DNA from: Trypanosoma brucei
Taxonomy: Eukaryota
Reading direction: 5' to 3'
Assembly (NCBI GenBank): GCA_000002445.1
Contig: CM000208.1
Coordinates: 928,001-992,000 of the forward strand
DNA: 64,000 bases
Shown: one piece after another, positions 21,330 through 32,514 of the stretch
Position numbering within the stretch: the first letter of the stretch is position 1
How the letters are laid out: each line of letters starts with the position of its first letter
Program-made: the position numbers and the translations under genes
Notes under the pieces: model-generated
The model's database searches: none
What the model saw: the letters and a program-made list of their open reading frames with translations, nothing else
What the model was told of the DNA's origin: nothing

Positions 21330-21420
21330 AACAGAGAACGACAAAAAAAGAGGATGCATATCACTGGCTTACGCTGCCAACAACGTCCAAAGAAGGACGA
21401 CACAAAAAAAAAAAAATAAC
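21330..21420 (-). promoter_or_regulatory. T-rich polypyrimidine tract on the minus strand upstream of FRD, a likely trans-splice signal.
   Basis: The plus strand here is an A/purine run (acaaaaaaagagg...cacaaaaaaaaaaaaataacggataaaaatgcgcagaaaa), about 160-250 nt 5' of the FRD start on the minus strand. Confidence 0.4.
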
Positions 21421-23951
21421 GGATAAAAATGCGCAGAAAATTACAGTATGGAATCCACCAAATACAATATGAGGATCTTTATGTTATGAAGATCTCAGCG
21501 GAACGGGAAAAAATGGGACCACAATTGCGTGATTGAAATGATGCATAGTAGTCGAGAGGTTACTCGCTCCCCCCATCACACAGCATTAACAAAGTCTGTG
21601 GCTTAAAGTACCAGAGCAAAACGCCCACACAGCTCGTTCGTGTTGGAAGAGTAACCGTTACCCCCTTTGCTACACATTTCCCGGCTGTTTTTGCTATCTT
21701 TTCTCTGTTACAGTTTCCCACTCCGGCATTGCTTGCTATCACCAAATCGGTTTGATGAAAGGAGACAAATATGGCAAATCATCGCCAAATCCATCTTACC
21801 AATACGCACGCAGGGGGCTGTAGCTAAAGTACTTAACGCACTAAACCCTTTTTCATTCATCCAATGGTCGACACTCCAGATACAGATACACATGCACGCA
21901 CACATATATTTATATTTATTTATGTGTCTTAGCATGATAAGAATGATTAGGAAGGACCTACGGAAGTGGTGATGGCAGAAATCATGTTGCGTAGTGATGC
22001 ATTGGCTCAACCATGCTGGCAGCGGAAAGTGCCTTCGTGCTGGGTCCATCAGCACAAAAAATCACCGAATGACACGAAAAATACAGAACATGCTACGAGG
22101 TATATCCTACCCTCATATTTCCTACCTTTCCTCAGGCCTTCCTCATTTCGAATAGAATACATATGCGTATGTTTGAAATGAGAAGGAAAAGATTTTCATT
22201 CTGCTGATTTTTCATCTACTTCATTTACCTGATGCATTTCAATCTTGTCAGCTATTCAAAAATACCGTTTCCCTTTCAACCCCCTCCCGCCCCTTTACCC
22301 CAAAGTGCCAATCCGATTTTCCTTCAATAAAACTTCGTTTATTCAAAAAATGCCGTCTCCCCTCGCCCTGTTTTTAGTCCCCCTGCCCCCACCCCACCCC
22401 CATTCTTCCCAACCCATATAAAACACAACAGTTGTACATCCACGGGGTTCCACTGATACAACATGCAACTTTGTATACCTCCCTTTTGTTTCCACTGTGT
22501 ATCTGTTTCACCAGTTCGTCGACGACTTAACTGGTTGTTACAAAATAATTATGAAAAGGAAACGACAAAGACATACATCTTGTGGATCCCCTTTCTCCTT
22601 TTTTGATGTCATTCCCAGAATCCCTTCTCCCCCTTCCTCCTCTAGAAAAAAAAGGAAAACAAAGGTATACAAACAATAGAAGTAAATCGCTTCTTAGAAT
22701 CATCAACAATAGTGGTGGAGAAATACTCCTTTTTAATTCTATTTTTCAAAGTACCCTCCCCCATTCTCACCATTTATTGCTCTTCTCACTTTTGTATTAC
22801 TTCAAAAGAGTTCACATGGATCCCGAGATACATAAAGGCCGTGCAACTCGTTTTCAACGTGTTTGTTACTTTTTCTTTTATTGTTGTTATTGTCGTTGTT
22901 CTTTTTAGTGTTTTATCATTTATTCCCACTTTGCTACACCACATATCTTACAAAGTTTAACATTATTATTATTGTTATTATTATACTTTGATTTTGATTT
23001 TGATTTTTTACCCTCTTCATTACTTGTTTATTTTCTTTTTTCCTTTAGCTCGCGGGGTGTCTTTGACACGCCGCTGTTAGTGCTGCCCAGCAACCGAACC
23101 GACGAGAAGGGAGGTACCGTTACAAAACAAAACAAAACAACAATATTTTCATATATAAAAATTTGCGCATACGAAACAGAGGGAATATTCGCACAAAATA
23201 AAAAAATGCGATGTGAAGGTGCCTAATCATAACGAAAAGGAACTGCACACAAAAGGTGAAAGAAACAAGGGAATATATTATACATATTGTTATTTACTCC
23301 ACTGCTTTTGTTTGTCTTCTTTACCATCCTCACCGCCTGCCTTTGCCTTCGGCCGTCAATACACAAAAATACTGCAAGACATTAGCTGCATGCCGAAAAA
23401 AAAAAGATAAAAGATAAAATATAAAAAAATGAATAGGGAGTAATAAAAGCAAAAAAGGGAAGAGGAGAGGACAAGAGAGATCTGGTTTCTTCCTTACACC
23501 ACCTCCTCCCATATAACTAAGTAAGAAAGCAAAGGAAGGTTTAGCTTAAAGAAACCAAAACAGCGGCAACACCAGCAATGCCACAAAATAGAAAAGGTTT
23601 CCCCTTGGCCACCCCCTTTTTTTTTTTGAAGTTTACCCCCTTCCCACCCCGCTTTGTTTATTTCCCGTGAGTTTACGCATGCACCATATCTTCCATCAAC
23701 TGTTTAGCAGAACAGAAGGAACATGCGAATCAAAAAGGAAATGATAAACAACAACTACATACCTTGAATTGATTACAAACCCTAACCGTATATGATCCCC
23801 CCATGCCATACATTTTGCCATGGAGCGATGCTTACGCACTGAGGCACGGTCTATCTGATTACCCGGAAAAGGGCCGATGTACACAAACACAGTATAATAA
23901 AAACCACAGTAGTGGCATAACCCAATCACCCATCCGACTTGACACACCCCT

Positions 23952-25181
23952 CTACTTGTTACGCACGTGTCGGACAACATCGTCAATCGACTTGACCAGA
24001 AAATCCATTGTTGAGGGCGTTAACGCTGCGAGGTTGGCGCGGCCGACAGGCAGCACAAAAACGCGCTTCTCGCACAACCTTTCGCACTGAGGCCTTGAAA
24101 GTCCCATATAAGAGAACATACCCTTCTGGTTGATGATGTGCTCCCAAGTGCCGGGAGTACCGAGTTTCATCAGCCCTTCATAAACACCTTGACGCATGCT
24201 TCGGACGCGGTTCACCATCTCCTTGAGTTCCTGCTCCCATTCTGCGCGGAGTTCTTTGTCACTCATCACGAGGTGAGCGATGCGAGCGCCATGTACAGGT
24301 GGGGTTGAGTAATAGGAACGGGCGATCACCTCAAGGCGGCTCCGCACGGCCTCCTTCCTTGAAGCATCCGAAACGACAGCAGAAATCACACCAACACGTT
24401 CGGCATACAAACCCATGTTCTTGGAAAAGGACTGTGCAAGTAGCATTTCCATCCCTCTCTTTGCAAAGTGGCGGATGGCGTAGGCGTCCTCGTCGAGACT
24501 GCCGGATGCAAAACCCTGGTAGGCGGAGTCGAAGAAGGGAATCAATTTACGTTCAACAAATACATCGGCGATGGTTGCCCACTGATCTTTGCTTGGATCC
24601 ACACCAGTGGGGTTATGGGCACATGCGTGCAGCACAATAATACTCCCCTGAGGGGCCACGTTCAGATCTTCAATGAGGCCAACGAAGTCCAGCTCATGGG
24701 TGCTGGGACTGTAGTAACGGTATTCACGGATATTTTTGTGACCCACAATTCCGAATATTGATACGTGGTTTGACCATGTGGGATTTGAAACATACACGGG
24801 GGTATCTTCAGGTACCACCTGCCTGAGGAGCGTGGCTCCAAGGCTAAGCGAGCCGGTGCCGCTGAGACCCTGCGAGGCGGCGATACGCTCCAATGGCACC
24901 GTATTGCCGTAGGCGAGTTTTACAGCTTCTTCAACAAAGTTAAGAAGACCAGTCATGGGTGGGTACTCTTTATCAAGGCCCATGTCCACAATGCGCCGCT
25001 CAGCCTTCCGCACTACTTTTAATGGATACGGCAACCCGTTTTGGTCGCGGTAGGCACCAATAACGAGATCCGCCTTCGGTTCTGGGGCGGCCTTTGCAGC
25101 CCTCGCTAGACCAAAGACGGGGTCCAATGGAACGGGTGCTAAGTCCTTAAAGGGCCTGGACATTGCAGATTTCTTGAGCAC
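23952..25181 (-). CDS. ASAT: Aspartate aminotransferase (PLP-dependent class I aminotransferase), 409 aa from the first ATG.
   Basis: The PLP-binding lysine sits in the SFSKNMGLY motif. Other conserved regions include GAYRD...G.PY, NPTG and the aminotransferase class-I pyridoxal-phosphate signature. It aligns over its full length with cytosolic AspAT. The real start is probably the second Met (MSRPFKDL...). Confidence 0.93.
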   Translation of the reverse strand: MLKKSAMSRPFKDLAPVPLDPVFGLARAAKAAPEPKADLVIGAYRDQNGLPYPLKVVRKAERRIVDMGLDKEYPPMTGLLNFVEEAVKLAYGNTVPLERIAASQGLSGTGSLSLGATLLRQVVPEDTPVYVSNPTWSNHVSIFGIVGHKNIREYRYYSPSTHELDFVGLIEDLNVAPQGSIIVLHACAHNPTGVDPSKDQWATIADVFVERKLIPFFDSAYQGFASGSLDEDAYAIRHFAKRGMEMLLAQSFSKNMGLYAERVGVISAVVSDASRKEAVRSRLEVIARSYYSTPPVHGARIAHLVMSDKELRAEWEQELKEMVNRVRSMRQGVYEGLMKLGTPGTWEHIINQKGMFSYMGLSRPQCERLCEKRVFVLPVGRANLAALTPSTMDFLVKSIDDVVRHVRNK

Positions 25182-25922
25182 TGTTACTGTTACTTCCTTT
25201 TATTATAAGTTCTTTCTCCTTTACCGTATTTTGTTGAGTATAATCGGTTATATTTACGTTTGTATAAATCTTTAAAAACAAAATCACGGTTCTCGTTCAC
25301 TTCCTTCGTTGTTGTTGGCACTTCTTTAACAGCACCATTTAACAGATAAAAAAACGAACGTAAGAGGGGAGGAGAGAGACAGTTGCAGACCGTACCTGGT
25401 GACGCAAGTCAAAAAATTAAATAAACTCGCCAATGCCTTCCCGGTGCGTCTGCCATGTTTGAAGGCATTCGTAGAGTTCCCTTTGTTATTCTTCGGGACC
25501 TACACATCTCCCATCTCCTTCCCTTTTACACCCCTTCCACACCTTCACAACCTGACATAAACGCACCATTGGACGTAAATATAAACGCAAGTACCCACGC
25601 ATATCCATACAGTCATATATATATCTGTACGTATGCAAACCCATGATAATAACAATCGAACAGCAGCCACCGTTGAAGTAAGCGGATATATATTATATTT
25701 ATTTATAACTGGAACACCTTCAGCGACGAAATTACCGGGCTGAATGCCCCTAAATTCAACAGAACGAAGTGAACCAAACGCAAAAGTCATCCAACAAAAA
25801 AAGCGCAAAGCTCTCCCCCTCCACCAAAAACGGCTGCACTGGCAGTTAGGTACAAGCAATTTAGTAACAAATCATAAGGGTGAGTCTCTCGGAACAATGA
25901 AAACAAAAAAAAAGTGAGAAAA

Positions 25923-25924
<2 letters not shown>

Positions 25925-25954
<30 letters not shown>
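25925..25954. repeat. (GT)15 microsatellite.
   Basis: Perfect GT dinucleotide run. Confidence 0.95.
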
Positions 25955-25955
<1 letters not shown>

Positions 25956-26057
25956 TGTTTATCGGAGGGAAGCAAATATGTCACAAAGCAAATTGGAAAA
26001 ATACACGTGCAAACACATGCCCGCCTACCCAATATCCTGAAACGCCAAATAAACCTG

Positions 26058-27524
26058 TCAGAACGGAAGCTGCAAAGACGGTGCAGGTGAGACACTGCCA
26101 CCAATATGTGGCGTGGGTAAAAGCGGGTGCACAGTCCACAGGTCCGCTGTTACATCAGTCACAGACTGGTACTGCTGTTGCTTCTGTCGTTCGGCGTTTA
26201 GTGCCTTCACTTTCGCAATGACATCACAGATGGGTATCGGCCCTTTCGCCACCTGCCACGTTTGTGCTTCCATTGGCTGTAGCAGAAAGGAATCTGTGTT
26301 GCTAAAGAACCGAATGGTGTGAAGCTCAGCAATACGAACCGCAGTTACGGGGTCAACGTCCCCAATCACATCCCACCTTTCTTCCATTTTTCCTCCCATT
26401 GTGGCCCCAAGATTCATATTTTGGAGAGACTGTGTTGAGTTACGCAGTTTACGGGCTGCCATTTCACTGATGTGGGAAACGAACAACGTTCCCACACCCT
26501 GAAAGGTGCCTGCAACATTTTTGTCAATTTTTCGCCGCCTGAAGAAGAATGCTTCCATCATCGCTGTAACAATATCACCAGCTGAATAGCTTTCCCGCTG
26601 GTTACTTGTACCCTCTAGTGCCCATGTGTTCGTGTGGTAATCCATCTTCCTGTTTGCGCCTGCAGAAGTGTCCACCGTGCATCCCGTAAAGCTGAAAAGT
26701 TGTTTCGCTAACAACGCTGTATCAAAATCTTGCTCAAATTCAAAATTTCCTCCCCCACTAAGAAGAGAAAGTGATCCGGCCAACCCACAGTCCATTGGGA
26801 AAGAAGCACTAGTTGACGTAGCAGACAGTGGTTTACTAGGTTGCACGGTGGTAGGACCATTTTCTTGAAAATCCATCCACTCATCATCGTCAACGCCAGG
26901 ACTGTTGTTGTTGGCGCTCCCATAAGTGTTGTTGCTTGTAAAGGTTTGCGCACCGAAGGTATTACCACTTGACGTACCATTGAACGTGATTGAAAGGGGG
27001 TCTTTGTGCGATATACCTCCACTAGTGGTATCGCACCGTCCCCAAGCAACCGCCGAGCCCGTTATTCCAACATTCTTGGAAGTTGCTTCGTTTTTGGGTT
27101 CTTCTTTCTCAATACCTTGAACCGCCACATTCGACGCGGTTGCTGCCTCGACGGCTTCTCCCCATTCGTCCACCTTTTCACTATGGGCCCCAACCGCCGC
27201 TGATGGACGGGCGGAGGCCTCTGAAACGCAAGGTGCACTTTCCACAAAATCACCAAAATCATCACCATCATCCCAATCTCCATTTTCATTCTTACTTTGT
27301 TGAGTGTCACCCCACAGTTGCACTGGATCGGAAGTTTCCCCCTTAACGTCAGCGGCCTTACTTTCAGCAGAAACACTATCCAGTGGTGATCCTTGCCATT
27401 TGCTAGCCTCAGACTTCGATGGTTCTGAAGTTATTGCAGTGGTTGTCACATCCATTAAATATCCTTCACCACTCCGTGAGGACGATACCTGTGGTTGAGC
27501 AAAGAGAATATCATCTTCATTCAT
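26058..27524 (-). CDS. Hypothetical acidic, low-complexity protein, 488 aa, with clustered DxF/WxxF-type motifs near the N-terminus.
   Basis: The ORF is long and Ser/Thr/Asp-rich, with the motif block ENGDWDDGDDFGDFVES. The C-terminal ~200 aa is more ordered and of unknown fold. Confidence 0.55.
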   Translation of the reverse strand: MNEDDILFAQPQVSSSRSGEGYLMDVTTTAITSEPSKSEASKWQGSPLDSVSAESKAADVKGETSDPVQLWGDTQQSKNENGDWDDGDDFGDFVESAPCVSEASARPSAAVGAHSEKVDEWGEAVEAATASNVAVQGIEKEEPKNEATSKNVGITGSAVAWGRCDTTSGGISHKDPLSITFNGTSSGNTFGAQTFTSNNTYGSANNNSPGVDDDEWMDFQENGPTTVQPSKPLSATSTSASFPMDCGLAGSLSLLSGGGNFEFEQDFDTALLAKQLFSFTGCTVDTSAGANRKMDYHTNTWALEGTSNQRESYSAGDIVTAMMEAFFFRRRKIDKNVAGTFQGVGTLFVSHISEMAARKLRNSTQSLQNMNLGATMGGKMEERWDVIGDVDPVTAVRIAELHTIRFFSNTDSFLLQPMEAQTWQVAKGPIPICDVIAKVKALNAERQKQQQYQSVTDVTADLWTVHPLLPTPHIGGSVSPAPSLQLPF

Positions 27525-29603
27525 TTTTTTCTTATTATTATTATTTTTTTCTTAAAAAAAAACCCACACCTGCTCCAGCAAATGCTTGGATAGAAAATGG
27601 AGAAGGTAAAAGAAAACCAAGAAAAAAAAATAATAGTAAAATCGATGACGGCTTGTCCCTTCCGCTCGTGTTTTGCACGACCTTTTCCCTTTCTTCTTAC
27701 TTCCCTTCGCTTATCGCGCCTACAATTTCTTTTAATAAGAGAGCCTACACTTTCCCTTTCCGCTTTCGCTTCAAAGCACAGAAGATGCAAATGAGGAACA
27801 AGAAAGTTGAAGTGATGCAGAAATTTTGAATTTGTGCCTTAAAGAAGTGACACAAACAACATACATAAAGACAAAGTGAAATAGTAAACAACCCACCCAT
27901 ACAACCGACTCTACGGTAAACATGCAACAAAAAAAACAACTACAACAACAGCATCAAATAATCAAAATACCCTGAAGGTAAAGGAGCAGATGAGAAAAAA
28001 AACAATGTGGCATTGGAACAGATAGAGATAACAGTTAAATATTTTTATATATCACTCTTGCCGCACCATTTTGATATTTCTCTTTTCTCTTTTACTTCCA
28101 TCGGCACTTTCTTTTTTTTCCTCTGCTACTTTTCGTTTTCTTCATTCAAAAAAAAACACCCTTATCCATATATCTGTATATTTCTTTATATATTCGCAAC
28201 CAAATGAGTAAGTAAGTGGAGTAATGAACCAATAAATCAACTTGTTTCGTGTAACCATTTCTCTTCATTCCCGCAACGCATAAGTTTGAACTACAGGGGA
28301 GGGAAAAAGAAAATATGGATGAAGAGAAACGGCTACAAAAGAAAAATTTAAAGAAAAAAAGGACACAAAAGTGCTCAGAGAAGCGACAAGATCCAAAGAC
28401 GAAACAAGATGAACAGACTCAAAAAAAAAAAACGCAGTCAACAGAACAGCAGCCACACTTATATATGTCCCCTTCACTCATCATCTCGCCTCCCTACATT
28501 TCATTCGCTTTATCTTTCTTCTCCCTCATCGTCATCTCAGCGATTGCGCCACACGAGGTAACGCAGTAATAACAACATCAGCAATATCAGTAATATCATC
28601 AATAACAATAGTAATAATAGTAATAATGGTAATATCAATAATATTAATAATAATAATGTGTAGAGGAGCTACAAATCACTGGGACGCTGCCAGTGCAGAA
28701 TGAGAGGAGGAGAGCGGGCGCAAGACGCAAACATATATGAATAAATACACAGGTATATATATATATATGCACAAATACGTATAAGGTTATATTGATTGAG
28801 AAAAAAAACTGAAGGAAAACAACAGCGTGAGGGGCCAAAATTGGGCACATACAAGACGAGAAAAAAAAAATCCCCTTTTTGGATTCTTCAGAAAGTAAAA
28901 AGAAAAAAAAGCAAACGAACAGATTAGTCCTTTTCGCATTACTTTGACTCTCCCTTTCTCTCAGCACTCCGGGTGTGTTTCTTCGTTTTTGTTTTATATA
29001 TGGTTAGCTAAAGGGAGAGAAAAGGTTGTACAAAAAACAAAAGAGAGCAAACAACAAAAAAGAAACACATGAAGAATTCAAACTAATATGTGAATACAGA
29101 AAAAGAAAGAAGGGAGGTAATATAATTAAACAAAAAAACAAGACGGGGTAAATGGAAGCAAAAAAAAAAACACACACACACAAAACAGCAACAGCACTCG
29201 CGACAAAATGTGTTGTAAGTTCATATGGTGCCACAAAAGAGGCACACATGGGAAGGAAAAGGAAAATATGTGATAAGATGATTATGATAATTAAAAAAAG
29301 AGGGGATCAGAATTTAATAGGAAACAAAAGGGATGGAAGTAAAAATTCAGCTACATGATACGCGATTAATCCATTTTTCTAAGCGGCGCCGTATCGAACT
29401 GAGCGTTTCCGTTCCGATCCTTGTCATGTAGCTGTGGCGCACCTCGTAAGCAAGGAATATAAACAACGAACACGGCAGCAACGACGACGACAGCGACATA
29501 AACAATAATACAGCCACATAGGCATGAACACGTGAAAAAGAGTAGTAGCAAAAAAAAAAAAATGGAGCTGTAAATAGAAAACAAAGGCGTTTTAAATAGC
29601 GTT

Positions 29604-30470
29604 TTACATAAAAGAGGATTCGTCGTCGCTTACGCCGTACAGGCGGCGGAGCTCACGAATCACCTGCTCTGTTGTCATATGGTCCTCAAACCGTTGATCA
29701 ACATTCGGTGCGCATGAGCGGGACGTGGGCACAAACTTTGCTACCGCTACCGCAGCTTTTGTCGGGGTTGTCTTTTGTTCCCCAACTGCTTTTGTTTGCG
29801 GTTGAATGGCGGCATGGAAAGTGGGTGTTTTAAGAGTACGCCACTTTCGTTGCTGCTTCTCTACTAGTTCTGGTTGTGAATTATGTTTCTGTGGAAAATC
29901 CTCGTAGAGTCGCCGGATTTCCTCAGCGAGGTTCATTTTCATTGTTTCCACGTCAACAAAGCTTCCTCCCAATTGTGATGTTGTATTGACACAACTATAT
30001 ACCAACCTTGGTGGCACCCAGTTGCATCGACAACTGGTGGTTTCCACACCGGAAAGCCTCCGCTTACCACAACTGCGTAGTGAAGGCGATGTCAACGATG
30101 AAGACGAGGTGGTAACAGTGGTTCCCGTTGCAACGGTGGGGAAAGATGATCTCCGCCCACTTACAGCTTCGGCACCGTCGTCACCTGACGTAGGAGCATC
30201 GGAGCCACGTGGAAATTGCACATTACCGTGTAAATTTGAAGCAGGCTGGGGAGAATTCAGTTGAGACCCGGCTCTTGATGCCGCTGCCTGATAAGATTGT
30301 CGCCCCTGAGCAGCGTGTTCCGCGAGGTGAGCAACCGCATCCCTGAGGCGGCGCTTCCGTTCCTTCCACCAGGAGTCTAAAACCAGTTCACGGTCCGCCT
30401 TCACTTGTTTTTCCATCATCCGTAGCGCTTCCGAGACGCGTGGACCCACGGAGACTTTATTGCCTCCCAT
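29604..30470 (-). CDS. Hypothetical protein, 288 aa, basic and Ser/Thr-rich.
   Basis: An ORF in the direction of transcription with coding-like codon usage. I see no domain. Confidence 0.45.
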   Translation of the reverse strand: MGGNKVSVGPRVSEALRMMEKQVKADRELVLDSWWKERKRRLRDAVAHLAEHAAQGRQSYQAAASRAGSQLNSPQPASNLHGNVQFPRGSDAPTSGDDGAEAVSGRRSSFPTVATGTTVTTSSSSLTSPSLRSCGKRRLSGVETTSCRCNWVPPRLVYSCVNTTSQLGGSFVDVETMKMNLAEEIRRLYEDFPQKHNSQPELVEKQQRKWRTLKTPTFHAAIQPQTKAVGEQKTTPTKAAVAVAKFVPTSRSCAPNVDQRFEDHMTTEQVIRELRRLYGVSDDESSFM

Positions 30471-30730
30471 TGTGGTACCACCTTGGATCCAATAACTTTC
30501 GTCTCCGCAACTTTAAGGAAAGGCACGTGCTTTTGTCCGCTATTCCACCCAACTTGGCGCACCCAATGCCCGCTGTCTAAATGTAATGCGAGAAATAAAA
30601 ACAAGCAAGATAATACTTATGCACGTCCCCCTACTATATATGTAAATGCAAATGTATGTACCTTTTTTAGATGAGTCTCCTACGTTTATTCTCCTGTATT
30701 ATATATATAAATATATATTCTCCTATATTA

Positions 30731-30734
<4 letters not shown>

Positions 30735-30769
<35 letters not shown>
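30735..30769. repeat. (TA)n microsatellite, with a shorter TA-rich tract at 30697-30725.
   Basis: Perfect TA run. Confidence 0.95.
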
Positions 30770-31110
30770 CCCTTGTGGTTGATAGTTACCTCCCTGCGCC
30801 CCTACGTATGTTGCTTGAATTTCTTCGCTGCAGTAGAGGAACCGTACTGATCTTAGACGGTTACTTCGCGCGCTCGGCACCCGTTAACAGCACACGAGCG
30901 CACAAACACCTAATCAAATAAGGAAGGGGGAAATATTAAGGGAACCCAACCTTGCGCAGTAACAAACGAAACGGAGAAAATCGTTTACACAGAACAGCAA
31001 TGAGGCAAGTTTTTTTTAAAAAAACAAAGGGGATAATATTGTTTATTTAAGTTTAATATACAGAATGACACACTTACACGATATAGCCGATTCACCATAT
31101 GATTCAGCAT

Positions 31111-32514
31111 TTAGGTCCCTGAGCCATGCGCTTGTTGGGAGGACGCCTCAAGAAACCGATGCCATAAGGTTGCCAACTTACACACCTCCTCCGTAGTTAA
31201 ATCAAGCACAGTCAAGGCGCCATCTGTACGCAACTCCTGCAACATATACTGGGCAACTTCAGGAGGCACGTGTTGCTGCAATGCTTTATAAACTGTCATG
31301 CCTCGCTGCCCAGGGCGCATCAACAAGTCCGTGAAGTGTATGAGTGTTGCCGCATCGAGCCCCGGTAATAATGGCACAGCACGAGGTTGAAGGGTAATTA
31401 GTGCACCAAGAACCGCAGTTTTTGGATAATACGTCATTTCTCGAAATGTCCGCAGTAGTTGTGTGTGGAAAAAGCACTGACACAATACGGAGAGGCGAGA
31501 AAAGTGAATGGAACCCGCTGGGGCGATGATACACTCCGCAACCTCCTGCTGCGTGAAAACATGTAACGGAACGCGACCGAAAACAAAAAGGTTTTGTTTA
31601 CGCGAGCAGTCGACAGCATAACGCATCAGAAGTTCAGTTATGATGTTAAAAGGGAGATTTGCTATCACTTCAAGTTTTGCATCGCCGTCTGACCACCATC
31701 TGTCGGATACCTCAAATGCAACCGACTCAGAAGAGAATGCACAACCAGAAACATCTGAACTCGGCGCCGCAGAACCGCTGTTTTGTCCACTAGCCGTGTC
31801 GTGGTTAAAAGCTGCATATTTTCCGAATCGCTTTCGAAGAATCTTCTCCCGTTGTACGTTCCGCAGTGGAGCATCCTCGCAGTAAAAATCGCCCGTGCAG
31901 CAGCCACTGTCCTTAGTACCGCTACTGCATGCTTCCCCACCATCGCTTTTATTCCCGTCGCTACTCGCACGCTCACGTGCATCTGCCGCTGGCTTCCGAC
32001 GGTGCTGCTGCGCAAATCCTGCATAAAGCGATTCCACTATTTCCAATTCATTAATACGAAGCACATCACCATTCGTCCACTGGAACTTGCCATTTGTGTA
32101 TTGCCGTATCTGCTCGAGATGACCGTTAAATCGTTCATCTTGTTCAATACCCAACACACCAACACACGGCCGAGTTAACAGGCTACGAGTCAAAGCCCCT
32201 GCACCAGGGCCCAGTTCCAGCAACAACTTGTCCGGCGTGCGTAGCGTTGTGCGACTAAGCAGCGCTGCTACCTGGTGTGTAAGCTTCAGGTTCAAAATGA
32301 AGCGCTGGCCATACTTGGCAAGGTAACCGGCGTGCGGTACTTTGAAAAGTTGTTTAAGGCCCTCCGCCTTTACGCGTGGCCCTCCGGGGCAGCGCAGCGG
32401 CGGAAGAGGTGATGCTGCGGCATCCGTACTTGGTTTACTGACGCCTCTCCTGGAGTATAATAAAGCAGCAGACGCAGAAGTCACTTGCGACCGGTTGAGG
32501 AATCGACGGGACAT
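31111..32514 (-). CDS. rRNA adenine N6,N6-dimethyltransferase of the KsgA/Dim1/TFB1M family, 467 aa, with a predicted mitochondrial presequence and a large internal insertion.
   Basis: It carries the SAM-binding motif LLELGPGAGALT and a QRFILNL block that matches the KsgA QNFL motif. The catalytic NLPFNIITE corresponds to KsgA NLPYNIST. The FSRLSV block also matches KsgA. The N-terminus is MSRRFLNRSQVTSASAALLYSRRG. An insertion of about 130 aa rich in Cys/Ser/Gly lies between the Rossmann motif II region and the NLPFN motif. Confidence 0.85.
   Translation of the reverse strand: MSRRFLNRSQVTSASAALLYSRRGVSKPSTDAAASPLPPLRCPGGPRVKAEGLKQLFKVPHAGYLAKYGQRFILNLKLTHQVAALLSRTTLRTPDKLLLELGPGAGALTRSLLTRPCVGVLGIEQDERFNGHLEQIRQYTNGKFQWTNGDVLRINELEIVESLYAGFAQQHRRKPAADARERASSDGNKSDGGEACSSGTKDSGCCTGDFYCEDAPLRNVQREKILRKRFGKYAAFNHDTASGQNSGSAAPSSDVSGCAFSSESVAFEVSDRWWSDGDAKLEVIANLPFNIITELLMRYAVDCSRKQNLFVFGRVPLHVFTQQEVAECIIAPAGSIHFSRLSVLCQCFFHTQLLRTFREMTYYPKTAVLGALITLQPRAVPLLPGLDAATLIHFTDLLMRPGQRGMTVYKALQQHVPPEVAQYMLQELRTDGALTVLDLTTEEVCKLATLWHRFLEASSQQAHGSGT

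Noticed and set aside
28560-28660. An AAT/AGT-rich imperfect trinucleotide block and a (GATTTT)3 / (ATT)n block at 22960-23010, considered as possible tandem-repeat protein coding.
   Set aside because: No long ORF spans them on the transcribed strand. They are most simply UTR microsatellites.
29366-29584. A 72-aa very hydrophobic minus-strand ORF just downstream of the 29604 gene.
   Set aside because: It is composed of Phe/Leu/Val codon runs from a T-rich 3'UTR and has no independent polypyrimidine/AG signal.
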